DNA of 32,000 nt, from NCBI RefSeq assembly GCF_900232105.1, contig NZ_LT934425.1, forward strand, positions 1,620,001 through 1,652,000. Direction: 5' to 3'. A program made the translations under genes and the position numbers. Source of the stretch: Candidatus Kuenenia stuttgartensis. Lineage in GTDB: Bacteria > Planctomycetota > Brocadiia > Brocadiales > Brocadiaceae. Numbering within the stretch: position 1 is the stretch's first letter; the number at the start of each line of letters is the position of its first letter. Below are positions 12,953-23,261 of the stretch, in pieces. The notes below the pieces were generated by a model. The model searched no databases, was not told the origin of the DNA, and worked only from the letters and a program-made list of their open reading frames with translations.

Positions 12953-15329
12953 ATTTTCTGGTAAATTTTGTGCCTGCTACCGTAGAAAGCAGTATAACGA
13001 GAGAACTTACAGGCATAAGTATTGCCGCAACAAGGGGCGAGATAACGCCGAAAAGAGCGGCTATTCCACCGGCAAAGTTATAAAGAAAGGAAATGACAAG
13101 GTTTCTCTTGATAATAGAGATAGTGTTTTTGCTTAATAAAATCAGGTCTAAAACAGGAGAAACCCCCTCCTTCGCTGAATAGATGTCCGCAGCGACCAAA
13201 CTCGCCGCTACGCTGCCCTGAACGGCAATGCCAATGGAGCAGGATGACATGGCAAGGGCGTCGTTTACTCCATCACCTACCATAAGAGCATTTGAAACTT
13301 TATTGACGATCGTGCTTTTCTCTTCCGGTGAAACCCCTGCATAGAGAGAGTCATCTGCCAGCCCTAGTTTTTTTGCAACATTCCGCACCGTGGAGTCGTT
13401 GTCCCCTGAAACTATATGTGGTTTTATGCCTGATTTTTTTAATGCAGTTATTGTTTCTTTTGCATCTTTGCGAAGTTTGTCCCCTAAACAGGCATAGGCA
13501 ACAAGCAATTCATTCCGGTATATAGCAACGGTACTGGCTATAATGCCGGAATCGTCATTGCCGTCATCAGGTAATGCGGAAATTAATTTATAATGATTAT
13601 CTTCAACTGTTCCTGAAATACCCTTCCCTGGAATTTCCTTTAAAGAACAAACAGGCAATTTCACATCACAGACTTTTTCAAGTTGCTTTACCAACGCCCT
13701 TGCAATGGGATGCGGAGAATGTGTTTCGATTGAATATATAGCATTAAGGGTTATGGTATCGGGCATAAAATTAACAAACTCGCCAGACTGAGGAGATTTC
13801 CATTTTAAGAACTCAAATTGCCCTTGTGTAATGGTTCCTGTTTTGTCAAAAAAAACGTTTTTGACCCTGCTTAGTTTTTCAAGTGATTCGGCATTTTTTA
13901 TCAGATACCCCTTTTTTGAGGCTTTTTTTAAGGATAGGCTTTGCGTCAGCGGCGTTGCAAATGCTAAGGCGCAGGGACATGCAAGTATGATGAGGGCAAG
14001 CGTTCGTCTTACCGCTTCGGCAATGTCAATAACGCTGTAAAATAAGAAGAACAGCATTCCCAACGAGAGGATGAAGATCGTAAAATAGTGGGCAGCCTTG
14101 TCCGTCAGTGAAATTAAGGGTGTTTTGTTGTAGATTTGCTCCTCAACCTTTTTTAATATCCTTCCGATGCGGCTGCCACCGGTTGTATGTTCTATAAGAA
14201 TTTCTGCGTATCCGGAAACCACCTGTGTTCCGGCATAGATTTTTGCCCCTTTGAAAAGTTTTTGCGGAAGGCTTTCGCCTGTCAAAACAGAGGGATTTAT
14301 ATTAACCCAATCATTTATCATTTCCCCATCTGCCGGGATACGTTCTCCTTCGTTAACAAGGATTTTATCGCCGGCATTTAAATGGCTGGCAGACACCTTT
14401 TCATAGGCATGGCGGCCCTCGTTCCATCTCCGGCATATTTGTGCTTCAAAAAATGATAATAAACAGGAACTATTTAAAAATTTCTGTTGTGTCCTGTTCA
14501 GAAGATATCTGCTTGCCAATAACAGAAAAATTAATACGGAAAGCGAATCGAAATAAAGATCCTGACGCCCCTGAATCAGATGAAGCAGGCTTAAAACAAA
14601 ACCTATGACCACCGCAAGCACAATGGGCAAATCGATGCTTGGCCGCCACGCCCGGAAAGACCTCCATAAATTTACGTAAAACGGCCTGGCGCAGTAAAAG
14701 AGCACAGGAAGAAAAAATGCCAGGTTTATATACTGAAACACCTGAGCCATAGGGCCCGTCAGCCCGGAATAAATGGCGAACGAGTAGAGCATAATACTGC
14801 CCGCGCAGGCGCCTGCAACGCCTAGCCTCATTAACTGCCTGTGGTTTTCCTTTTTCTGGAAATGCCTTGCTTCGCCGGTATTCCTGATCGGATATGTTTT
14901 ATAGCCTAACGCCGCAAGGGTGGATACCACTTTTCCGAAAAACCCCGGGCTCTTTAGCGACACAAATAAGGTATTTTGGCTCATGTTCAAATGAACAGTT
15001 TCAACCTCTGGAATCCAATAGGGAATCTGATCGATGATCCATAGGCAGGAGGTGCATTGCACCCCTTCGACAAAAAATCTCATGCCTTGCCTGCCATCCT
15101 GCAACACTGAATAGTCTCTTAAAAAAGATTCATTATCCAGAATATCATATTCGGAACTGCCAGCGTGAGGTTTGTTTATGAGTGAGAAATGTTCTTTTTT
15201 AAGAATTGAATAAACGGTTTCGCATCCCCAGCAGCAAAAAATAACGCCGTTGGCATTTATAATGGCGTCTTCTTTTTTTGCAATGGTCTTGCCGCAATGT
15301 ACGCAGTCAGAATAGGAATATGGAGGCAC
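12921..15329 (-). CDS. Heavy-metal (probably Cu+) translocating P1B-type ATPase, CcoI/FixI-like
   Basis: 802 aa with a GTG start. The N-terminal CVHCGK...CCWGCETVY is a Cys-rich metal-binding domain. It also has an HMA-like VQCTSC, the transmembrane CPC motif (ACPCALAFATP), DKTGTIT and GDGVNDA. Confidence 0.85.
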   Translation of the reverse strand: MPPYSYSDCVHCGKTIAKKEDAIINANGVIFCCWGCETVYSILKKEHFSLINKPHAGSSEYDILDNESFLRDYSVLQDGRQGMRFFVEGVQCTSCLWIIDQIPYWIPEVETVHLNMSQNTLFVSLKSPGFFGKVVSTLAALGYKTYPIRNTGEARHFQKKENHRQLMRLGVAGACAGSIMLYSFAIYSGLTGPMAQVFQYINLAFFLPVLFYCARPFYVNLWRSFRAWRPSIDLPIVLAVVIGFVLSLLHLIQGRQDLYFDSLSVLIFLLLASRYLLNRTQQKFLNSSCLLSFFEAQICRRWNEGRHAYEKVSASHLNAGDKILVNEGERIPADGEMINDWVNINPSVLTGESLPQKLFKGAKIYAGTQVVSGYAEILIEHTTGGSRIGRILKKVEEQIYNKTPLISLTDKAAHYFTIFILSLGMLFFLFYSVIDIAEAVRRTLALIILACPCALAFATPLTQSLSLKKASKKGYLIKNAESLEKLSRVKNVFFDKTGTITQGQFEFLKWKSPQSGEFVNFMPDTITLNAIYSIETHSPHPIARALVKQLEKVCDVKLPVCSLKEIPGKGISGTVEDNHYKLISALPDDGNDDSGIIASTVAIYRNELLVAYACLGDKLRKDAKETITALKKSGIKPHIVSGDNDSTVRNVAKKLGLADDSLYAGVSPEEKSTIVNKVSNALMVGDGVNDALAMSSCSIGIAVQGSVAASLVAADIYSAKEGVSPVLDLILLSKNTISIIKRNLVISFLYNFAGGIAALFGVISPLVAAILMPVSSLVILLSTVAGTKFTRKFNKWLPANIR

Positions 15330-15454
15330 ATCTACACCTTGGGGCAGGGATTGTTAGAATTTTATCCGTTAGGTAATATCGTGAACCATATTCAACAGAT
15401 TTGCAAACAGTATCTGAATCACAGGTAATAGTTCCGCCACTTCCATTAAACTAT

Positions 15455-15477
15455 CTAAGCTGGTACAGCCAGCTTAG
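15455..15477 (-). terminator. Hairpin immediately after the permease stop codon; weak terminator candidate
   Basis: ctaagctgg (15455-15463), loop tacag, ccagcttag (15469-15477), a perfect 9-bp stem. There is no clear U-tract on the minus strand. Confidence 0.3.
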
Positions 15478-15480
15478 GGT

Positions 15481-16812
15481 TTAGATGAACACATAATATC
15501 TGACTACAACATAAATAGTCGCCAATACCAATGTTTCTAAAGTAATTGGTATTGAATAGATGAGAAATTTTCTGAAGGTTATCGGGTACCCTGCTTTTTC
15601 AGAAAGACCTATGGTAATAACATTTGCGGAGGCGCCAATGGGGGTACCGTTCCCACCAAGGCAAGCGCCCAACGCTAACGACCACCATACGGGCATAAGG
15701 GTTGGATGCTGAAGCACCGGCGTAATATCCCATCCTTGCGGCAATACCACCTCTGCCGTGTCCTTTACAAGTGGAATCATACTTGCAACAAAAGGAATAT
15801 TATCAACAATCGCCGAACCTATCGCGGAAAACCACAACAGGACAATCGATAACGTGAACATGCTTTCCACACCTGGCTGCGTCAGTGCAATCAATCCTTC
15901 AGAAAGCTTTGAAATAAGACCTACCTTTACAACGCCCCCCACAATAATAAAAAGTCCCATAAAAAAGAAAAGCGTAGACCACTCTAAATCCCGAAACACA
16001 TGGTGCACATCTTCCTTAGAAATGATCAGCAGCACAGCAGCGCCGACCAGTGCTATTGTCGCCGGCTCGTAATGAAATACCCCATGAAAAATAAATCCAA
16101 GGATAACCATGCCCAGCACGCCAAGTGATTTTTTTAATAAACCAACATCTTTAATTAAGGCATATTCGTCCATTGCAAGTATCTTCTGTCTTACGTCTTC
16201 CCTTACATGCATCTTTTTCGCAAAAAGAAACCGGACAGTCAGGAGAAATCCCCCGAATATGAAGAATACAGCAGGTGTTAAATGATAAATAAAATCCATA
16301 AAAGTCAGATGTACCTTACTGGCAATCATAATGTTGGGGGGGTCGCCAATAAGCGTTGCAGTACCGCCAATATTGCATGCCATAACCTCGGTAATCAAAA
16401 AAGGAAAGGGATCCAATTCCAACTCCTCCGCAATGAACAACGTTACGGGAATAAGAAGCAAAACACTGGTAACATTATCAAGAAACGCGGAAGCAACTGC
16501 CGTTATACAAGCAAAGAAAATGAGGATCAGAAACGGTTTCCCGCGCGCAAGTTTTGCTGATTTAATAGCAACAAATTGAAATATCCCTGTTTTCTTAAGG
16601 ATATTGACAATAATCATCATGCTTATTAGCAAAAATATTACATTATAATCTATAGCATAATGTTCCTCATAAAAGGCTTCATGTTGGCTGACAATCTTAA
16701 GGAGGATCATCAAACCTGCGCCAATGAGCGCCACTTTAGTTTTGTCGATCTTTTCAGAGACAATTAACCCGAAAGATACAAGGAATATGAGCGTCGCAAT
16801 CCAAAATACCAT
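15481..16812 (-). CDS. ArsB/NhaD-superfamily (CitMHS-like) ion transporter permease
   Basis: 443 aa and polytopic. FLDNVTSVLLLIP and NIGGTATLIGDPPNIMIAS are typical of this permease superfamily. A GGAGA Shine-Dalgarno sequence lies about 8 nt upstream of the ATG. Confidence 0.7.
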   Translation of the reverse strand: MVFWIATLIFLVSFGLIVSEKIDKTKVALIGAGLMILLKIVSQHEAFYEEHYAIDYNVIFLLISMMIIVNILKKTGIFQFVAIKSAKLARGKPFLILIFFACITAVASAFLDNVTSVLLLIPVTLFIAEELELDPFPFLITEVMACNIGGTATLIGDPPNIMIASKVHLTFMDFIYHLTPAVFFIFGGFLLTVRFLFAKKMHVREDVRQKILAMDEYALIKDVGLLKKSLGVLGMVILGFIFHGVFHYEPATIALVGAAVLLIISKEDVHHVFRDLEWSTLFFFMGLFIIVGGVVKVGLISKLSEGLIALTQPGVESMFTLSIVLLWFSAIGSAIVDNIPFVASMIPLVKDTAEVVLPQGWDITPVLQHPTLMPVWWSLALGACLGGNGTPIGASANVITIGLSEKAGYPITFRKFLIYSIPITLETLVLATIYVVVRYYVFI

Positions 16813-17267
16813 ATTTTATTTCTCCATTATTTATCAAAGTAATTGATTATTAAACTCAAAAACGTAAAATAGGATATCATAAAAATCCTGATTTAAAAAC
16901 AGTAAAACCTGACAAAAATTCAGTTTTTAAACAGTACGTTAGTTTTTTGGAAAAAAGCTTCAACTTTTATGGTTATAACACATATCCCCGACAGGCGTTG
17001 GGGGGGGCATACTTCCAACATAAAAAAACATAGCAGATCCCGCATGTGCACGCTGTTACCCATCAATCATGACAATCCGTGCCTGCGAAGCCTTTTGGCA
17101 ACACCTTTTTTTAAAAACGGCATTGATACATACTTTGTGATTTCGTATTCTTGTAATACCGGTAAATTTCCGGCAGCGCAATGAAGTCCGTCTTCTGACC
17201 GTCTGTTTAGGTTTGCCCTGTGCGGCAAAGGTAAAAATGTATCTTTTAATAACTATGGTGATAAAAA

Positions 17268-19223
17268 ATGATTCGTTTTCATAACGTTTGTCTGAATTTT
17301 GGCTCTACCGTCATTTTTGACGAGCTTTCTCTGCAAATTCGATTGAACGACCGCATTGGATTAATCGGACCCAATGGCGCGGGCAAATCCACATTTTTCA
17401 AGCTCATCTGCAAATATATTGAACCCTCTTCCGGGAGTATTATTTATGCGAAAGGCGTGAAAACAGGATACCTGCCTCAGGAATGTTTTGCGTTCAGCAA
17501 AAAAACTGTTTTTGAGGAGGCGGGTTCCGTCTTTGAAGACATTCACCATTTGAACCGGCAAATAGATGCGGTACATAAAGACCTTGACAGCCCTTCCCTT
17601 ACCGATGAAGACCGCCAGCTACTCCTTGACCGGCACACACACCTGCTACATCAGTTATCGGTGGTGAACGCAAACAAAATGAATGCTGAAATTGAAAAGG
17701 TATTAAAAGGCATCGGTTTTAAGGACGCCGATTTCAGGAAAGATATTGACGCCCTGAGCGGTGGGTGGCGGATGCGTGTTGCCTTAGCCAGGCTGTTGCT
17801 GCAAGAACCGGATATCCTGCTTCTGGACGAACCCACAAACCATCTTGACGTTGATTCTATTCTCTGGCTTGAGCAGTACCTTAAGGAATTAAACGGGGGG
17901 TTGATTATTATTTCCCATGACAGGGCTTTTTTAGACCGGAATGTTTCTGGTATCTGGGAGCTTGAGAAGGGGAATATCACTGAATATCACGGCAATTATT
18001 CTTTTTATGAAACCGAAAAAGAAAAAAGGAGTGGGCTGCAAACTTCACGCTATGTCAATCAACAGAAGAAAATTAAAGAAGTAGAAAGATTTATCGAGCG
18101 ATTTCGGTCAAAAAATACAAAGGCGTCACAGGTACAGAGCCGAATCAAAATGCTTGGAAAAATGGAAAAAGAGACCTTGCCTGAAAACACGGTTCACAGG
18201 GTTACCTTCAGGTTCCCTCCTGCAAAACAAAGCGGTGCAAGCGTCCTTGAAGTGAAAGACGTTTCCTGCAAATATGCAGATCAATGGGTATTTCAGGGAG
18301 TTTGCCTTTCCATAGAACGGGGAGAAAAGGTTGCGCTCGTAGGGCAAAACGGCTCTGGAAAATCCTCATTATTACGCATTATAAACCGTTTGCATACGCC
18401 CCAAAGCGGTACTGCCACTTTCGGACACAATGTGCTCGCTGACTATTTTGCACAGGAAACCGCGGAAAGCCTCCAGGGTGACAATACGGTATTGGAGGAA
18501 GTCGAATCCATTGCTCCGTTTTCTATGATGCCGCACGTAAGACACCTTCTGGGGGCATTTCTCTTCTCCGGAGATGACGTGTTTAAAACGGTAAACGTTT
18601 TAAGCGGCGGAGAAAAATCGCGTCTGTGCCTTGCAAAAACTCTTTTAAAACCAACGAATTTCCTCGTGCTGGATGAACCCACAAATCATATTGATATCAC
18701 TACCAAAAAAGTACTCAAAGAGGCGTTACTGAATTACCCGGGAAGTCTTTTAATTGTTTCCCACGACAGAGACTTTCTGGACGGACTCGTTTCAAAGGTT
18801 TATGAACTGAAAGAGGGAAATCTTTTCATTCATCTGGGCAGTTTTAAGGATTTCTTAGAAAAAAGAGAGGCGGAATTACGGTCAGGAACACATAAAACGG
18901 CGGGACAGGAAGCGCCAGAATTAAAATCTTCAGGGATAACCACTCAAAAGCAGATATTTTTACAAAAAAAGGAACAAAACGCTAAAAGAAGAAAGTTCAC
19001 AAAAGAACTTCAAAAAATCGAGGAAAGAATCTCCTACCTTGAAACGCAAAAAAAAGAACTTGACCAAACCCTTTTAGATACCGAATTATATAATGACAAG
19101 GAAAGGCATATTATCATCAATAAACAACATAAATCAGTTTCCGCAGAGTTAAACGACCTTTATAAGAAATGGGAGGTCTTACACACCGAATTGGGAGCTG
19201 TAGATGCAGGGATAGCCGTGTAA
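17268..19223 (+). CDS. ABC-F family ATPase (two ABC domains, no transmembrane domain, C-terminal coiled coil)
   Basis: 651 aa. Walker A motifs are GPNGAGKST and GQNGSGKSS. Signature motifs are LSGGWRMRVALA and LSGGEKSRLCLA. Walker B motifs are LLLDEPTNHLD and LVLDEPTNHID. Confidence 0.85.
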   Translation: MIRFHNVCLNFGSTVIFDELSLQIRLNDRIGLIGPNGAGKSTFFKLICKYIEPSSGSIIYAKGVKTGYLPQECFAFSKKTVFEEAGSVFEDIHHLNRQIDAVHKDLDSPSLTDEDRQLLLDRHTHLLHQLSVVNANKMNAEIEKVLKGIGFKDADFRKDIDALSGGWRMRVALARLLLQEPDILLLDEPTNHLDVDSILWLEQYLKELNGGLIIISHDRAFLDRNVSGIWELEKGNITEYHGNYSFYETEKEKRSGLQTSRYVNQQKKIKEVERFIERFRSKNTKASQVQSRIKMLGKMEKETLPENTVHRVTFRFPPAKQSGASVLEVKDVSCKYADQWVFQGVCLSIERGEKVALVGQNGSGKSSLLRIINRLHTPQSGTATFGHNVLADYFAQETAESLQGDNTVLEEVESIAPFSMMPHVRHLLGAFLFSGDDVFKTVNVLSGGEKSRLCLAKTLLKPTNFLVLDEPTNHIDITTKKVLKEALLNYPGSLLIVSHDRDFLDGLVSKVYELKEGNLFIHLGSFKDFLEKREAELRSGTHKTAGQEAPELKSSGITTQKQIFLQKKEQNAKRRKFTKELQKIEERISYLETQKKELDQTLLDTELYNDKERHIIINKQHKSVSAELNDLYKKWEVLHTELGAVDAGIAV

Positions 19224-19359
19224 TAATGGTTTGGCCGCAAGCTGCCCATGTTACCTTTCCGCTTTCAAACTTCCCTCGCCGGTAGAGGGAACTCTGTAGT
19301 AATGCCTCTCCGGGCGTTATGCTGCCTTGCCCGTAAAGATTCTCTGGTTCTTTTTCAGA

Positions 19360-19722
19360 TTACACAATACCTATGCCTAAATTTTTTATGAAAAGGAAGA
19401 AGATGAGTTCAAGACCACAGAGGGTTGCTGTCAAGGCAGTACACAGTATTGCATATCCAAGGAATCTTTCTTCCCTTCTAAGAAGAAAGGCATATATCAG
19501 GGTTATAATTACAAGAATTGCAGTAAATGTTTCAAGAGTGGCCACTTCGATGGTGAGCTTCTTTTTATAAAATAAGGATATTTCTTCCAGAAGGTCAAAA
19601 CCAAGGCATACGACCAGTGATACAATAGCAGGCGTAACCGTCTTGCCATGCCTTGCCTTTGCAAGTAATATAAGGGCAACAATAGCTGCTGTAAACGTGA
19701 TTAATTTAAAAATGAATTCCAT
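19360..19722 (-). CDS. Small hydrophobic membrane protein, function unknown
   Basis: 120 aa with several hydrophobic helices. A strong AGGAG Shine-Dalgarno (gaaaggagatgtaaATG) lies upstream. It is co-directional with and downstream of ileS. Confidence 0.55.
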   Translation of the reverse strand: MEFIFKLITFTAAIVALILLAKARHGKTVTPAIVSLVVCLGFDLLEEISLFYKKKLTIEVATLETFTAILVIITLIYAFLLRREERFLGYAILCTALTATLCGLELIFFLFIKNLGIGIV

Positions 19723-19825
19723 TTACATCTCCTTTCTACTGCGGTTCACTTTTTTAAAATTTGGGAATTATTATTAGCGATGCTGTTATTATGGAAGGGG
19801 TTTTTGAATCTTTGACGCTCCTTGT

Positions 19826-22642
19826 TCAGCGGAAGTCCGTCAGAACATCAGCGCACCTACCACAGAGGGTTTGAAACTCTTTGACCGTTCCAACGCTTTC
19901 CCTGTAATTCCAGCATCGTTCACATTTTTTATGTTGTGATACGTCACATTCAATCCAAATATCTTGTGTTAACTCCCCTTTTACCGCATTTTTGCCAATG
20001 CCATTGCGGCGTACCTTTACTTCCGATACGATAAATAATGCCGGCAGGTCGTTTTCATATTTTATGAGAAATTTGTAACGGTCTTCATTTTCGGTAAAAA
20101 GGGACACCGATGCCTCTAATGAATTACCAATGGCTTTTGCCGCACGCATTTTTTCCAGTTCTTTCGCCACATCGGTACGGATATTTATCAGATTTTCCCA
20201 ATTTTGATTTAACGAAGCATCAGTCCATGCAGGATTACATTTTGGAAATGTTGTTAAATGAATACTCCAAAGGTCTTCATCCTTAAATTCAATATTTGAC
20301 CAGACTTCTTCAGCCGTGTGAACGATGATGGGAGCGGAGAGTTTTACCAGGGTAAGTAAAATGGTGTGGAGGGCAGTTTGTGCCGCACGTCGTTCCCTCG
20401 AGTCTTTCGCAAAGGTATAGAGACGATCTTTTAAAATATCGAGATAAAACGAACTCATTTCTACCGCGCAAAAGTTGTGGATGCTATGAAATACCTTGTG
20501 AAACTGTAAGGTTTCGTAATTAACAGTAATCTGTTTTATCAATTCCTGTGTTTTATGTATTGCCCAGCGGTCAATCTCCAGCAAAGCATCGTGAGGTATG
20601 GCGTTTTCGTGTGGATTAAAATCGTAAAGATTACTGAGTAAATATCTGAAGGTATTGCGAATGCGTCGGTACGCATCTGAACATCTGTTGATTAAATTGC
20701 GGGATACCCCCATGTCGTGCTGATAATCCATGGAAGATGTCCATAATCTCAGTATATCCGCTCCAAATTCCTTTAAAATATCCTCTACGGAAATAAAATT
20801 CCCGATAGATTTTGACATCTTTTCGCCCATTTCATCAACGACAAATCCATGTGTCAAAACGGATTTAAAGGGCGCCTTTCCCCATGCACCGACTGAAGGA
20901 ATAAGTGAAAGCTGAAACCATCCGCGATGCTGATCGGTTCCCTCCAGGTAAAGGTCGGCAGGATATTCTAATTCTGATCGTTTTCTTAATACGGAATTGT
21001 GGCTTGAGCCGGATTCAAACCATACGTCAAAGATATCCATTTCTTTTTCAAAATGAACGCTTCCGCATTTTTTACATTGAGCATCCTGGGACAGGAAATG
21101 AGATGCATCCTTAAAAAACCATGCATCCGCTCCTTCCGCTTCAAATTTGTCCCGCACAAAGAAAATAGTCTTTGCGTCAATGTGTTCTTGTCCGCAATTT
21201 TTACAAAAAAAGGCCGGTATCGGCACACCCCACGAACGCTGCCGCGAAATGCACCAATCGGGTCGGTCGGATACCATTTTTTCCATTCTGTTTTCACCCC
21301 ACGAAGGTATCCATTTTACGTTTTTAATTTCCTTTAAAACAGTGCTGCGTAAATTATTGTGGTCGAGATTAACAAACCACTGCTCCGTGGCCCTGAATAT
21401 TACGGGGTTTTTGCAACGCCAGCAATGGGGGTATGAGTGGGTTATATTTGTTTTCTGAAGAAGCGCTCCGACTGCATCAAGTTTATTAATTATAGAGGTA
21501 TTGCCTTCTATAATGTTTTGACCGGCAAATTCACCTGCTTCACCCGTGAAGACGCCTTCAGCATTAACGGGACTCAGAACAGGCAAATGGTATTTAATGC
21601 CCGTAATAAAATCTTCCTGACCGTGCCCCGGCGCTATATGAACACAACCCGTGCCGTCAGATAAAGTAACATAATCTGCCATGACGACAAAACCCGTTCT
21701 ATCCATGAAAGCATGTTGATATTTTACCCCCTCCAGCTCGATCCCCTTTACTGTACCAAGTTTTTTAAAGTCTTTTATGCCCAATGATTGCAGTACTTCA
21801 TCGATACGGCCATCAGCCAGTAAGGAAACCTCTTTTTTATTTGTTTTGGGGTGAAAATAACGGATTGCCGTGTAATCGTAACCAGGGTGTAGTGCTATTG
21901 CCAGATTTGCCGGTAGTGTCCACGGTGTAGTTGTCCAGATCATTAAAGAAACACCTTCGTTCCCGTCATCAGGGAAAAAGTTTTTAAGCGTGTCCTTTAT
22001 CTTAAAATGTACGTAGACGGAAGGGCTTGTTTTGTCATGGTATTCAAGTTCCGCCTCTGCGAGGGCAGTAGCGCAACGTGTACACCAATGGATAGGTTTT
22101 CTGCTCCTGTATACGTAACCGTTTTCAACGAGTTTTGCAAATACCTCAATAACGCCCGCTTCGTACGCGGGGGTGAAGGTAAGATATGGATGTTCCCAGT
22201 CTCCGAGTACACCTAGCGCCTTGAATTGTTTTTTTTGAATAGTGACGAATTTCTCCGCATATTTTTTACATTTTTTGCGTATTTCCGTCTTTGTGAGATG
22301 TTTAACTTCACTTCCAACCTCTTGCATAACTCGATGTTCAATAGGAAGCCCATGGCAATCCCACCCTGGAACGTAAGGGGCATCGTATCCCTCCATCGTG
22401 AAAAAACGCACAATAAAGTCTTTTAATATTTTATTCAACCCCGTTCCAATGTGTAATTCACCCGTAGGATAGGGAGGGCCGTCGTGCAGTATATATTTTT
22501 TCTTATTTGTTCGTGCTGCGCGAATTTGTTCATAGAGCACGTCCTTTTCCCATTTTTTCTGAATAAGAGGCTCTTTTTCGAGTAAATTTGCTTTCATTGA
22601 AAACTTGGTAGCAGGCAGGTTAAGTGTTTTTTTATAATCCAT
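19826..22642 (-). CDS. ileS: Isoleucyl-tRNA synthetase
   Basis: 938 aa with a HIGH-type motif (PTGELHIGTG), KMSKS, and the C-terminal zinc-finger cysteines CERCWNY...CGRC. Confidence 0.95.
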   Translation of the reverse strand: MDYKKTLNLPATKFSMKANLLEKEPLIQKKWEKDVLYEQIRAARTNKKKYILHDGPPYPTGELHIGTGLNKILKDFIVRFFTMEGYDAPYVPGWDCHGLPIEHRVMQEVGSEVKHLTKTEIRKKCKKYAEKFVTIQKKQFKALGVLGDWEHPYLTFTPAYEAGVIEVFAKLVENGYVYRSRKPIHWCTRCATALAEAELEYHDKTSPSVYVHFKIKDTLKNFFPDDGNEGVSLMIWTTTPWTLPANLAIALHPGYDYTAIRYFHPKTNKKEVSLLADGRIDEVLQSLGIKDFKKLGTVKGIELEGVKYQHAFMDRTGFVVMADYVTLSDGTGCVHIAPGHGQEDFITGIKYHLPVLSPVNAEGVFTGEAGEFAGQNIIEGNTSIINKLDAVGALLQKTNITHSYPHCWRCKNPVIFRATEQWFVNLDHNNLRSTVLKEIKNVKWIPSWGENRMEKMVSDRPDWCISRQRSWGVPIPAFFCKNCGQEHIDAKTIFFVRDKFEAEGADAWFFKDASHFLSQDAQCKKCGSVHFEKEMDIFDVWFESGSSHNSVLRKRSELEYPADLYLEGTDQHRGWFQLSLIPSVGAWGKAPFKSVLTHGFVVDEMGEKMSKSIGNFISVEDILKEFGADILRLWTSSMDYQHDMGVSRNLINRCSDAYRRIRNTFRYLLSNLYDFNPHENAIPHDALLEIDRWAIHKTQELIKQITVNYETLQFHKVFHSIHNFCAVEMSSFYLDILKDRLYTFAKDSRERRAAQTALHTILLTLVKLSAPIIVHTAEEVWSNIEFKDEDLWSIHLTTFPKCNPAWTDASLNQNWENLINIRTDVAKELEKMRAAKAIGNSLEASVSLFTENEDRYKFLIKYENDLPALFIVSEVKVRRNGIGKNAVKGELTQDIWIECDVSQHKKCERCWNYRESVGTVKEFQTLCGRCADVLTDFR

Positions 22643-22660
22643 GATGGTTGGCGGGGTTTT

Positions 22661-22954
22661 CTATAAATTAAAATTCAATAAAGTATTTATGCTTTCAGGA
22701 GTCACGCCCTCTATCATTATTTTTTTGTCCCGGGAAGTCTTTCCAGAAATGATGTGTATAGAAGACGAATTAATATGAAATGTTTCTGCCAGCAATTCAA
22801 CTACTGCCTTGTTGGCCTTGCCCTTTTCAGGTGCTGCAGAGACCGCTAACTTCAGACGTCCTCCCAGATTCCCCACGATACGATCCTTGCCTGAACCGGC
22901 TTGCACTTTGACGAAAACAATGATACCCGTATTTGTTGCTATGATATCAAGCAC
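22661..22954 (-). CDS. DUF167 (YggU-like) protein
   Basis: 97 aa with a GTG start. VKVQAGSGKDRIVG...LKLAVSAAPEKGKANKAVVELLAE...ISGKTSRDKKIMIEG follows the DUF167 pattern. Confidence 0.7.
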   Translation of the reverse strand: MLDIIATNTGIIVFVKVQAGSGKDRIVGNLGGRLKLAVSAAPEKGKANKAVVELLAETFHINSSSIHIISGKTSRDKKIMIEGVTPESINTLLNFNL

Positions 22955-22955
22955 G

Positions 22956-23234
22956 CTAAAATATTATAGAAAATCCGTCAAATGCGTCGGAATGTTCTTC
23001 CTTATGAACTTGCATTTCTTCAACAAAAGCGCCCGCGGGGCCTTTCCAGCACCAATCGATTATTTTATCAACCGCCTCTTTTTTACCTTCAAAGACCGCC
23101 TCTACCCGGCCATCGGTACAATTCTTCACCCAACCATGTATTCCATACTCTGAGGCCTTCTCTTTTGTGGTGGCACGGAAAAACACTCCCAGAACATGGC
23201 CCCGGATATATACGTGCGCTCTAACATTTGACAT
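22956..23234 (-). CDS. Acylphosphatase
   Basis: VRAHVYIRGHVLGVFFRATT...GIHGWVKNCTDGRVEAVFEG matches the acylphosphatase fold signatures. I chose the ATG at 23234; the listed ORF start at 23249 is a TTG. Confidence 0.75.
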   Translation of the reverse strand: MSNVRAHVYIRGHVLGVFFRATTKEKASEYGIHGWVKNCTDGRVEAVFEGKKEAVDKIIDWCWKGPAGAFVEEMQVHKEEHSDAFDGFSIIF

Positions 23235-23261
23235 AGGTGAAAAAATCAAACAGTTAAAGAA

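Noticed and set aside
17000-17007. G8 homopolymer as a phase-variation switch
   Set aside because: It is intergenic, and I cannot place it inside a promoter spacer or a coding frame. It is noted only as a slippage-prone tract.
16969-17184. 71-aa ORF in the permease/ABC-F divergent intergenic region
   Set aside because: It has no RBS and no recognisable motif. The composition looks non-coding, so the region is more likely promoter DNA.
19224-19359. Hairpin ttccctc-gccggta-gagggaa between the convergent ABC-F and small membrane genes, as a terminator
   Set aside because: The stem is only 7 bp and neither strand has a convincing U-tract, so it is too weak to call.
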